Both the position numbers and the translations under genes were made by a program. The notes beneath the pieces were generated by a model. The model had not been told where the DNA came from, did no database searches, and saw nothing but the letters and a program-made list of their open reading frames with translations. Positions 23,924 through 35,474 of a stretch of 64,000 nt of DNA are shown here, one piece after another. Position 1 is the first letter of the stretch. Each line of letters begins with the position of its first letter. Source of the DNA: Hormiphora californensis (lineage: Eukaryota > Animalia > Ctenophora); assembly GCA_020137815.1 (NCBI GenBank), contig CM035358.1, forward strand, positions 3,410,001-3,474,000. Direction: 5' to 3'.

Positions 23924-26900
23924 TTATTTAGAGGCCTGTTGTTTGGCGTGCTGGTCTCTCAAAAGTCTACGCTGGATTTTTCCAGAGGGTAACTTTGGGA
24001 TTGATTTCACAAACTCCACTTCTCCCAGCTGCTTGTAGTCACTGACTTGAGATGCGATAAACTCCATAACGTCTTCATCAGTTATAGTTGCTGTGAATGG
24101 TTAATGAGATTAGTTGTGTTGCTGGGAATAGGATAGTTAGTAATGTTGAGTTGTGCTGCTCTCTCGCCCCGGCACATTTGTAAAAAGAGGGTTAGAACAT
24201 ACATCATATTGGTTGTCATGTATTTACAGAAATGATCACAACCTCTCTCTCTCACCTTCGAAAGTTTTGACAACATAAGCCTTGGGTGATTCACCGTGGT
24301 TAGGGTGTTCAATACCAATAACAGCACAATCCTCGATCTGGTCGTGATTTAGAAGGAGACCCTCCAGCTCAGCAGGTGCTACCTGGGGGATATGTTTAGG
24401 GGGAGATCTAGGAAGACTGGGGGAGATCTAGGAAGACTGGGGGAGATCTAGGAAGACTGGGGGAGATTAGGTCAGTCTTTTTTAGACATTATTATAGGGC
24501 TACACATGGACTTAAGTTAGTCAACTTATTTAAGTAAATTAGTAATAGAGAGAGGGGCACACAGAGAGGGAGGGATCATGCACTTTACCTGGAATCCCTT
24601 TACTTTAATGAACTCCTTCAATCGATCCACGATATAGAAATCCTCCTCATCATCAAAGTAGGCAATATCTCCCGTTCTCAGCCACTCTCCTTCAAAACAC
24701 TCGGCATTGGCAGCCGGGTTTTTGTAGTATCTAGAGAGTGGAGAGGTTAGTTGAGAGAAAGGAAGATGCAATGGGGAACTTGTAGTATCTAGAGAGTGGA
24801 GAGGTTAGCTGAGAGAAAGGAAGATGCAAGGGGGGACTTGGGTGGAGGAATGTGTGTTTTATTTGCCTTGTTCGACCCTCCCTCCCCGCGCCCCGCGATA
24901 AAATAAAATAAAAAGGTTTGAACAAAACAATGTTTTATTTGAGAACCGAGCAAATTCAGGTTGGATATTATCTTCACAGTGTCAGTGAAATAGAATAAGT
25001 AGGAGAGTGATTTATGCAAAGAGAAAGGGGGAAGAAGTGTATAACAACAGGGGGCTGTTATAGTGGGGGATGCAGTGGGAGATAGGATGTGAATGTCAAA
25101 ACAAACATGAGAATGTTCCTACTTCGTACCCCTTCATAACAGGAGGTCCTCGGATCCAGATTTCTCCCCTCTGATGAGGACCCACCATTTCACCCGTATC
25201 AACATCAACCAACTGTTGGGGGCAAATTATATATACGAGAGTTACACGCAGAATCAAAACATATTATTATGAAACCCGATAGCTGATTTAACGGTCGTTT
25301 GAACATTTTGCGCGCTCATGATAACTGCTAGCTGGGGCATTTAACACCCTGCTCGCTGTTTAACAGTCCCGCTCTCTTTTTCACGCATTTCTCTTCATTT
25401 GAATAACATGCGTGTAAAATTCTAAGTTTTGAAAATGTGTGTAAACACACAGTTCTGTCAACAAAAGAAAGGGGAAACATGTCTGCAACACGTTTCAATG
25501 TTATCTCTCTCATAAGGAGTGAAAAGAATCACATTCCATTCATTTCTCTCTCTCATTGTCTCTTTTACTGTTCACTACCTCTGACAGTGTGTATTGCCCC
25601 TAATCTTTCTCTCTCTTTCTCAAACATGTTAGGAACAGTAGACACTAAGTCTACACACATTTTCACGGTGTCTGTTGACTAATTGCCAGCAGTCCTAGTG
25701 TGTTTCACCTTGTGTTGTGTCTCTTATTTGTGTGTAATTACTATCGGGTTTCATAAAATATGAACGTTTGTTAGCCTATCGCGTTATAGGTTTAAATCAC
25801 CTCCCCCTCACCCTCGGCTGGCGCCTCGGGATCGGCGTCGGGATTTAAACCAGTTTAATCGCCCTGCCGGGCGATTAAACTCCAGTTGGCTGTCCCCAGC
25901 TCGCGCTGGGAACAGCCAACTTCATAACGCGCCAGTCTACAAACGTTCATACTTCATATATACGAGAGTTACACGCAGAATCAAAACATATTATGTCCCC
26001 TGGGAGTTTGGTAATGTCACTAACTATACAACATACTGCTGTGTAATATGGCTGTCGATATTATGTACAATAATATGAACAAATTACAATATTTTGTAGC
26101 AGTTTTTAACTAAACTGAGAGGTATGGTGGCCGTGGCTCGATTATCATACAACACCCTGTACAGCACCCAGTGTAAACCAGGAACCGACCGAATCAGGAA
26201 AAACTGGACCCTGATTGGCTGATAACCAGTCACGTGACCTAAATAACGAGTTCTGATTGGTTGTTTACTTGTTTTGGTCGGTTCCTGGTGTCCCCCCTCT
26301 CACCTTGATTTCCTGCCCGGGGATAACACGACCCACTGTACCAGATTTATGGGAAGCCTCTACTCCGGCCACTGTAGTTGCCCCTGAGGTCTCTGTGCAG
26401 CCGTAACCTGGGGGGATGGTGATTACTAATTGGTGGGGTAATTGGTTACAGAGGGAGAGGTCTGTACAGCCGTAACCTGGGGGGATGGTGGTGATTGGTG
26501 GGGTAATTAGTTACAGAGGGAGAGGGTGCGTGGGGTATTTAGTTATCTGAGTGATTACTATAGTTGATTTCACTGCAGATTTACTGACAATTCTTGCAGC
26601 TTTGTTATGATGGTACATGTACTAATATTACTGGTTTAACTAGTGTACGTGTTACTTTCCAATGAATATTATGCAAAATTAGATCAAGCATGATAAGAGA
26701 AATGAAGGAGAGAACACACTTGGAGGAGGAAGAAAAAGGAAGAAACGAATCAAAGCAGAAGTGACACTGTCACTGCCCTTAGTCTTATCGCTGATACAAC
26801 TGATAAGAATTACCCTCTAGCTCGTGAACGGTAGAGCACGCTAGCAAGGAACTTGAGAATATTGTGATGTTACCGAGCCCGCCTGAGCTGACTAAAACTG

Positions 26901-28956
26901 AAATGAATGCTGCAGAAATTTAGGGAACACATCCGTCATGCATGCTGTACTACAAATAGTTCTACCATACAAACGTTTTACATTTATACATGTTTCATTC
27001 TCCCCTACATCCGGATATATGTTATGCGCTACGAACTATAACCACGCAGCTTGTTAAACATTGGAGGAAGAGTTACATACTTATTATCTATAGAGGAAGC
27101 TAGGAGAGAGAGAGAGAGAGAGCGATGAATAGAGAGGGGAGACAGATAGAGAGGGGAGATAGAGGGAGAGATGGGAAGCTCATTACAATGTTCTAATATA
27201 AACTAATACTTGTAACTCTCCAATACTAGCACTGTCTGCCTACACACTCTCAAGAAGGTAGTACGTCAATTACCTACACACAGCAAGCCTGGTGCTGTAC
27301 TCCGTGCATGGATGGAGTGGTCAGTAAAAGTGCTGTTTAGAGCAGTGAAGATTGATGAATCCAAAATAGGCAATTCCTAAATCTGATTACATACAAAACC
27401 CACACCCTAAGCAATCTCATAAAATATAACACACAACTCACCCTGGTTACTAACTACTACAATACTACTGAACCCACCCTGAGCAATTCGTAGATCGATC
27501 CCCGGGTTACACTCCTTCAATCTCGTCAACACAGCCTCCTCTGTTTCAGGGGCCAGGGGTGCTGCGCCCACAACAATTAGTCTCAACGAGGAGAGATCAT
27601 AGTTGGATACAATGTCCATTTTGGAGAGCATCACCATGATAGGAGGTACAACTGTCGTTCCGTGTGCCTGTGATGTATTTGCTGCTTAGATAAACCTCAA
27701 CTCTAAAGGATTTGGGCTAGCTGGGATTGTATAGAACGAACCTTGTAGTTTTGCAAGTTTTCTAGGAAGAGCTCAGGTGTAAAGAATGGAAGGGATACTC
27801 GTCTGTAGCCTTGGATAACACAATGCTTTGCCAACAACCCTCCATATGAGTGAAATTCTGGTAGGAAATCAACCTGATATGGAGAGAGCAATTGGTTATT
27901 TTTTACATAACCATTTTGACATAAAATAATGTCTTGTTTCAATGTTTCAACCCAAACATTTACTTACTATTGTAATTTGGTCGATTCCTTCATCTTCAAC
28001 TAATTTATCGTAGTTGCTGCTGACAGCGATAGCTGCCAATTGTGAATTTAGGTTGTTGTGTGTCAACTCAACTGCTTTCGGTAAACCTATAAGGGGAACG
28101 AAGTTACAAGCTAGTTTCAAAAAGAGATTTTGGTGAACAGATTGAGATAGTGATGTCTGGTTACCTGTTGTTCCACTCGAAAACATCATCATGGCTGTAT
28201 CGTGTATTGAACCATTGAACTCTGGACAGAGTACACTCTCCTCTCTGAGACAAGAATTGTTAAAGTATAACTTAGAATCATATATTTTAGCCCACGAAAG
28301 TTGACCAGGTTCTTCTAGTTTAACTTACTTTGCCCATTCGTCTATGACCTCGAGATTTGGTAAAACTTTCAGAGGATGATCAGCCTGAACCGCTTCAATG
28401 TTGCTCTGACTACACATGTGACCAATAGCAAAGTTACACTCGCTCAATTTGAGCAACTTGATCATTTCCGCTTCTGCAAGGGGAAGTGATGGGTAGTTTT
28501 ATGAAGGAGTAAATGGAATGCTTTATAAAGGAGCAGGACTTACTGTTATAAAGAGGGTTAAAATGAACGGGAACTGCTCCAGTAGCCATTACACCTAACT
28601 TGGTAGGCAGATAATTGAGATGGTTTAGGCCTATAATAGCAACATGGTCACCACTTCCCATTCCAACAGATTTGAACTTGTTGGCTAGCCGGCCTATCTG
28701 TGATATAAGGCGTTCTCCCGTTGTCTCTTCCTTACTCAACACATCCACCTAGTAGAATTGTGTTAAAATAATTCCTTGGAAGCATATATTTCTCTCTTGG
28801 GGGCAGGTAACTTACGATAAGAGACTTCTGACGGTGGTTTTCACAACTCGTCAGCACGTATTCGTGGGAGGGTATGGCGGGATGATTGAGGGGTGTAGGA
28901 CATGTCACAATCCTTCCAGCACCACTAGACAGACACCGCCTCAACAACTGAACCAT
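23924..28956 (-). CDS. 4-coumarate-CoA-ligase-like / firefly-luciferase-family acyl-CoA synthetase, ~12 exons
   Basis: AMP-binding motifs [90 protein letters not shown]; ends QQASK*. Confidence 0.92.
25227..25994. mobile_element. Two adjacent TIR elements bracketed by a ~39-bp direct repeat in a ligase intron
   Basis: atatatacgagagttacacgcagaatcaaaacatattat at ~25230 and ~25956; inner TIRs tatgaaacccgatag/ctatcgggtttcata and tatgaacgtttgt/acaaacgttcata. Confidence 0.65.
26179..26287. mobile_element. 109-bp MITE copy 4
   Basis: Same TIRs and core as 13580-13688; TSD degenerate. Confidence 0.85.
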
Positions 28957-29155
28957 AGCCTGGATAAGAAGTGAGCTGTGGGAAATGTTATCAAAAAGGA
29001 GAGGGATTGAGGGAAGTTGAGCTGGCAGATAAAAGAAATGAGGGAAGAAAGGAATTTGACAATGTTGTACAGCTCAGGGTGAAATAAAAACCCATTATTT
29101 CCTTATAAAATATATCTCTTAAAAACATAACACAATAACTTATAACGACCAGCAT

Positions 29156-30001
29156 TTATTCATCTGTAAACTCTGGTTTCCTTTTCCCAACGAATGCTCC
29201 CATTCCTTCCTTCTGGTCCTTGGTCGAGAAGGTAGCGTAGAACAACCTCTTTTCATAATCCAAACCCTGCTGAAGGGTCGTCTCATACGCGGCATTAACA
29301 GCCTCTTTGTTTAGAGCAACTGCAATCTTTGAGAAGTTGGCAATCTTTTGTCCCGCTTCGATCGATTTAGCGACTAGCTCGTCAGCAGGATAAACCTGTG
29401 CTACAAGTCCAATTTGTTTTGCTTCCTCTGCACCGATGAAGTTTCCTGTCAGGCACATTTCCATTGCTTTACTCTTTCCAACAGAGCGGGTTAGACGTTG
29501 AGTACCTCCTGCTCCGGGGATGACTCCTAGAGTAATCTCTGGCTGACCAAACTTGGCACGATCACCAGCGTAGATGAAATCACAGATCATCGCCAGCTCA
29601 CAACCTCCACCGAGAGCAAAACCATTTACAGCAGCGATTATCGGTTTCTTGTTTTTCGTTACCATTTCCAAGTCATTGAAAAGTCCGGTCATGTAAGTGT
29701 CAGCGAATGACAATGGCTCCATCATTTTGATATCTGCTCCAGCTGCAAAGGCCTTGTTTGACCCCGTAAGAACAAGACATCCAATATCTTTATCAGCGTT
29801 AGCATCTTTAACAGCAGCATTAAGATCTTCGATCACTTGGAGGTTGATTGAGTTGAGTGCCCTAGGCCTGTTGAGCTTCAGAAGTGCAACTTTATCATGT
29901 TTTTCCACCAGAACGGTTTCGTAGGCAGCCGGATCACAGTTAAGAAGTCTAGCAGCTGTTGGGAACAGCAGGGAACGCTTGGCAAGCACTGACCGGATCA
30001 T
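29156..30001 (-). CDS. ECHS1: Mitochondrial short-chain enoyl-CoA hydratase (intronless)
   Basis: 281-aa ORF with AFAAGADIK, PIIAAVNGFALGGGCELAMICD, KFGQPEITLGVIPGAGGTQRL and an N-terminal presequence-like segment. Confidence 0.95.
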   Translation of the reverse strand: MIRSVLAKRSLLFPTAARLLNCDPAAYETVLVEKHDKVALLKLNRPRALNSINLQVIEDLNAAVKDANADKDIGCLVLTGSNKAFAAGADIKMMEPLSFADTYMTGLFNDLEMVTKNKKPIIAAVNGFALGGGCELAMICDFIYAGDRAKFGQPEITLGVIPGAGGTQRLTRSVGKSKAMEMCLTGNFIGAEEAKQIGLVAQVYPADELVAKSIEAGQKIANFSKIAVALNKEAVNAAYETTLQQGLDYEKRLFYATFSTKDQKEGMGAFVGKRKPEFTDE

Positions 30002-30168
30002 GTTTCTAAAACGGGAGAGATTTAAAAATTTAAAAACTGAAAAGCTGTTCCAGTTTTATTGAACTATTGGCATACGTTGCAGGCCCCTTATAATATAATG
30101 CGCGCATGAGGGGGCTGCAGCGCATTCCAAATTGAACTACTGAACTGTAGCATGCACATGATAACTTC

Positions 30169-30417
30169 GGCCAGCGTTAAAATCTGGGTGTTTCGTGAGT
30201 GCTGACAAACGGTTTTTTAGGGTTAGGGCTAAAGTAGGGTTAGGGTTAGGGTTGGGGTTTGGGTTGGGGTTAGGCCTTGACATTCCCTACCAGATAAACT
30301 TTGATTTAGCCAAAACGGTTGAGTGGTTCGGCGGTTAGAGCCGTTTTAGTGAATCAACTTTTTTGGCAGCGCGCACCTGTAAACAGGCCACCAAACACCC
30401 AGATCGTAACGGCGCCC
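30169..30417. mobile_element. MULE/Merlin-like MITE with internal (TTAGGG)n-like repeats and 9-bp TSD
   Basis: TIR GG..CGTTA(A/C)(A/G)ATCTGGGTGTTT; TSD GATAACTTC (30160-30168, 30418-30426); ttaggg-type repeats at 30217-30274. Confidence 0.8.
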
Positions 30418-31034
30418 GATAACTTCATAATCGCGCTGCTTTTGTTTTGCGCGTCATATAAACACGCGCGAAGAAAGTGTGCTTTTTACAGCTGAAATGA
30501 CATTCAGTCTGCGCGTTCCTGTCGGTTTGTGGACACAGCCTTGGGCTTGGTTGAGATTTGGATCGTTGTCGTTGTTGCCTCGACTATCCAAATGGTACAC
30601 AGTTTGTTACACTGGTTTAACAATGAGTGTATACTTGCCACAGACAATTATTGAGTGTGTCAAAAACAATTGTATAACACACCGGTCACGAGACTAGTTT
30701 AATTGGAAAGCTGCCAACAGACTACACAGACATGTGATGAGGTCATTCCGGTACACGTCAATGGGAGAGATAAAGAGAGAGGGGGACGTAGAGAGCTGAA
30801 AAGACGCGGTATTGGGGTAAAATGAAACACAGGCATTTTGATGGGGTGGCTGAAACAATATTAGGGGACCCCGTACCTCTATTCACATAATTTCTCGGCT
30901 ATCAATATTACACACTGCAAATCTAAAAAACTAAAACCCTCAAATCGAGGAAATTATCGGACCTCCCAGCCAAGTGTAGTATCATTGTGAATTATCAGTG
31001 AAAATATCAAATTGTCCAGCTCATCCGGGGGAAT

Positions 31035-32367
31035 TTAGCAGTGGACTAGAACGTCTGAAAGTAGCGTCTTCGGTCGTACGAACCGTTGCTTCTTACATTC
31101 GATCTGAAAGGAAGAGAGAGGGGGTAAGATGACTGACTTCTAGATCTGATAACTACCCTATCCCTTGGTAACGAAGTTACCCCTCCCTTGCCATTGCGTG
31201 AGAGGGGTTTTTCGTAACCAATCTAACCACACTACAAAACCTCCCTTTTTTTCTAAACCCCTGCTAACTAACCTCAATTAATCCGATGTGTATGTGAGAT
31301 GTACACTTTAATCGAGCAAACTGGGACACTGCTACCAGGACCACCCTGTCCTGCTGTGTCTTAGTCCAGTGTACTGACACCGTGTCTGCATCACTCACAC
31401 TACCGTACACAAGATCTTCCGCCTGATGGGGGAGGGGGTATTACCGTTAAACTTGGGAGAGAGAGCTAGAGAATGTGATGATTTAAGTTACATTGTTGTT
31501 TTGATTTGGGGAGTTTCAATACTACTAACCTCTTTCACAGTTTTAATGGGTACTTTGGAGATCTGTTTCCTCACAGAATCTGATAGTTTCTTCATCTTCC
31601 TCTCTGCATGCCTCTCTTCCAAACTGGGATAGGTGTTGTTTAGATATTTCAAATTTCAAAGCTACCATGTTCGTGGCCAAGGCATTGTAGCTTCCCAAAA
31701 AGCCTCAAATTACACAATATGAAATTTTACACAATACTCCCTCGCCCCGTGTTAACCTACATTTGATCTTGTTCCTGTTCTGTTGTGTCAATGAATACCA
31801 GCCACAGCTGCATCTTAGCTGGATCATCGAACAGAGAAGAGAGGGGAGAGTTGTGGGAGGGTGTGATATCTTGTAGCTCTCTGTCAATCTGTGTGGGGCC
31901 ATATTATCACCACTTGTATTATTCATTTTGTAAAAAAAGGAACCGGAGCAATGGGTTACGACCAAAAAAATAAAGGACGCTAAATATACTGCTGGTATAT
32001 TTTCCTTACCCCAAGTTCGTTAGATAGTTCCTTCAGGAAGAGGTCATTCCTCTTCTTGCAACTGTACACATCCCCCTTACGCTTTCCGGTACTCTTCTTC
32101 TTTCTTCTTACCTCTGTATCACCAATCACCTGCAAATAATGTCCCAATAATTAGTTGCCAAGCTAGACTGCCACTCGCCACTGCCACAAAAAATTAATTA
32201 GCTGTTTGTTGGATACCTTGGTTCTTGTTTTAAAGCGTCGTTCTATTAGAGCACTAAAAACACGTTTAAAAATAAAATGAAGTTCTAGTGTAATCAAGAA
32301 CACAACTCACTGGGATGGTGGCATCTGTATCAGAAGAGAGGATCTCGTTAATCTCATTGAGTTCCAT
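31035..32367 (-). CDS. Uncharacterised small multi-exon protein
   Basis: GT/AG-bounded open exons: MELNEINEILSSDTDATIP / VIGDTEVRRKKKSTGKRKGDVYSCKKRNDLFLKELSNELG / LEERHAERKMKKLSDSVRKQISKVPIKTVK / AEDLVYGSVSDADTVSVHW.. / IECKKQRFVRPKTLLSDVLVHC*. Confidence 0.5.
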
Positions 32368-32594
32368 TATACTTCTCTCAATACTGAGCCGGGGACGCTC
32401 CCGACCTACACCCATCTCTAGGGGGAGTGGCCTTCCTAACTAGATGGAAATATATGTTAGTAGCAGGAGTTTCATTATTATGATAGAGATGCTGGGTCAC
32501 AACTGAATACCTTAATACCTTTATGTTACATACCTGGAACCGGGGGGGGGGGGGGGGTTCAGGATAAATGGTTCGGACGTATATGCCACTTAAG

Positions 32595-33387
32595 TAGTAG
32601 AGTCGATAACTACATCGACCTATCCCAATTGTTCCAGTTTTTGTCACATCTGTTTGGAGCCTCGACGAGACCTCTAAACAGGTGTTACTTTTTCACAAAC
32701 TGTTTTCATCTTGGTGTAATCAGCAGTTGAAATGTTGCTGATCATAACAAAAACCTGACTAAATTTTTTCAACTTGGGGTAAAACCATGGGTGTCAAAAG
32801 TTAGCTCTAGGTCCCCTGAGTAACCATCCGGAGACTCTAAGAGATATTTCAAGCCGTTCTCCCGTAATCATTAATCCCGGTGGAGAAAAAAATACAATGC
32901 GGACGTACGTGAGCGCTGGCAGGCTGTTTACATGTTATTGTATGTCTCTCACTCTCTCTGGAAAAACCGCACGTGCGGTTGAGCCGCGCGAGATAACTCT
33001 TTCTCAAGGGGGAGAAAAGAGAGAGACGCACATTAACGTTATACATTAAAGTTGAGGTTGTAGGCAATTGCACGTACGTCCATACTCAAATATGTGCTCT
33101 ACCGGGATTAATGATTACAGGAGAACGGCTTGAAATATCTCTTGGAGTCTCCGGATGGTTACTCAGGGGACCTAGAGCTAACTTTTGACACCCATGGTTT
33201 TACCCCAAGTTGAAAAAATTTAGTCAGGTTTTTGTTATGATCAACAACATTTCAACTGCTGATTACACCAAGATGAAAACAGTTTGTGAAAAAGTAACAC
33301 CTGTTTAGAGGTCGTGTCGAGGCTCCAAACTGATGTGACAAAAACTGGAACAATTGGGAGAGGTCGATGTAGTTATCGACTCTACTA
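32595..33387. mobile_element. Foldback MITE with TAG..CTA ends and 4-bp TSD (Academ-like)
   Basis: ~290-bp inverted arms TAGTAGAGTCGATAAC..GTTATCGACTCTACTA; TSD TAAG. Confidence 0.85.
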
Positions 33388-33443
33388 TAAGGGGGTGGGT
33401 GTCTTTTCAAAATTGCCACTTGTTTTTCGCTAAATGGTCATAT

Positions 33444-34342
33444 TAGGTCTATCGGTATTGATCTGGACAGGTATGTTTGTGAGAGAACAGAGCGAGATAG
33501 AGCCAAGCGACCTCTTCCAGCGTCTTCCTTGGACATTTTTAGGTTGGACTAGGATGGTGGGAACCTTCGCCTACTGGCAGTATTGCCTCACGAGCAATAT
33601 GTTTCAATGCTACTCTAGCTGCCGCTTTATGCAAGAAAAAACTGTGGCACTACGGATGATTTAATATGCCATGGCATTTTTCTATTGGGGACAGATGATC
33701 GGTTTGACCAATGTTCTTAGATCAATTTTTAAGCCCGAATCTTATGCAACCAAAATTGAAGCGTTTAGATTCCATCTTCATCCTCAAAAATTGGATTTTT
33801 GCCAAAATTATGCTTGGCGCACTTCATGGCCGTTTTTGTACGTCTAAATGACTTGAATCCAACATTAAATGTTAGCTTATACAATTTTCTAGGTCCTATG
33901 TTAGTTTTATTACGATCGGTCAATAGATACCTGGCTCATGGCGGCTTTTTTCAACATTTGTAAAAAAATTTAAAATCTAGCCTTATCAAATCTAGCGAAA
34001 ATCGCTTCCCCATGCTAGAAATTTTATCCAAAAATTTCAGGAAGGTTTATGGAGTACTTATCTCAAGCCATTTAATAAGCAATATATAGGGTTAAAAACT
34101 TTCCAAATTATCCGGAAGTAGGTCATATTGGTCCAAAATTGAGTTAAAAGTTATCATAAAGCGGCAGCTAGAGTAGCATTGAAACATATTGCTCGTGAGG
34201 CAATACTGGCAGCAGACAAAGGTTCCCACCATCCTAGTCCAACCTAAAAATGTCCAAGGAAGACGCTGGAACAGGTCGCTTGGCTCTATCTCGCTCCGTT
34301 CTCTCACAAACATACCTGTCCAGATCAATACCGATAGACCTA
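33444..34342. mobile_element. Foldback MITE with TAG..CTA ends and 4-bp TSD (Academ-like)
   Basis: ~190-bp inverted arms TAGGTCTATCGGTATTG..CAATACCGATAGACCTA; TSD ATAT. Confidence 0.85.
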
Positions 34343-34473
34343 ATATTTTGGCCAAATTTGGTCAATTTTCGGCCAAATTTGGTCAATTTTGGGTAAAAAT
34401 TGAGATTCTTCGAGGTGGACCTGAACAATTTTCAATTTTCAAAATTCAAATTTCGATTTTCTCGCACGCGAAA

Positions 34474-35474
34474 TAGTAAGGTGATAAAACAGGAACACCA
34501 CAAAAAAAATTGTTACAAAGGATTTCCACCTCAAATGTACTCCTAAGGGTCCCCTCTATCGATTCCAACCAATGCTCATATTTGCTCAGGGGTGCTAAGG
34601 CCTCATTTCCGGGTGGGCGTGGTACCTGTATTTTCAGCCTGAGGCCAAAACCATAAGTACCCTTAAAATAGGAGTAGAGATAAAATCGAGGGCACTAGAG
34701 TGATCAGCGTCCTCGCATTAGTGGGGGTAGGTGCCGGAATTAAGTCTCTATCTCATCTGGTTAATTAGATAATTGAATAATTAGGTTTGCGCATAACCGT
34801 TTTTTGGCTATATGGCTATAGCCACTTAGGAATGGTTTAGAGACTTTTCATTGATGCCATTTTGTAGACAAAACGAAGTTGTGGGGGGTCGACGTCGGAC
34901 TTTTAAGCTCTATCTTCAACCGTTTAGCCGTTATTTGGCTTTTAAGATTCTCCAAATGAGCAAAATACGGTAAAAACCCCGATTTTGAACACCGTTAAAG
35001 CCAAATAACGGCTAAACGGTTGAAGATAGAGCTTAAAAGTCCGACGTCGACCCCCCACAACTTCGTTTTGTCTACAAAATGGCATCAATGAAAAGTCTCT
35101 AAACCATTCCTAAGTGGCTATAGCCATATAGCCAAAAAACGGTTATGCGCAAACCTAATTATCCAATTATCTAATTAACCAGATGAGATAGAGACTTAAT
35201 TCCGGCACCTACCCCCACTAATGCGAGGACGCTGATCACTCTAGTGCCCCCGATTTTATCTCTACTCCTATTTTAAGGGTACTTATGGTTTTGGCCTCAG
35301 GCTGAAAATACAGGTACCACGCCCACCCGGAAATGAGGCCTTAGCACCCCTGAGCAAATATGAGCATTGGTTGGAATCGATAGAGGGGACCCTTAGGAGT
35401 ACATTTGAGGTGGAAATTCTTTGTAACAAATTTTTTGTGGTTGAGGCTAAAATTTTAGTTAAATCACCTTACTA
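34474..35474. mobile_element. Near-perfect 1-kb palindromic element with TAG..CTA ends and 3-bp TSD (Academ-like)
   Basis: TAGTAAGGTGAT..ATCACCTTACTA; ~450-bp arms, ~50-bp loop; AAA flanks; shares core with 60479-61488. Confidence 0.88.

Noticed and set aside
23924-28956. A true luciferase
   Set aside because: Family membership alone does not imply light emission; ctenophore luminescence uses calcium-activated photoproteins.
29156-30001. Intronless enoyl-CoA hydratase as bacterial HGT or contamination
   Set aside because: It has a presequence-like N-terminus, an upstream splice acceptor and host-like composition.
30217-30274. Chromosome end or fusion scar
   Set aside because: The short degenerate TTAGGG tract lies inside a TIR element with a 9-bp TSD.
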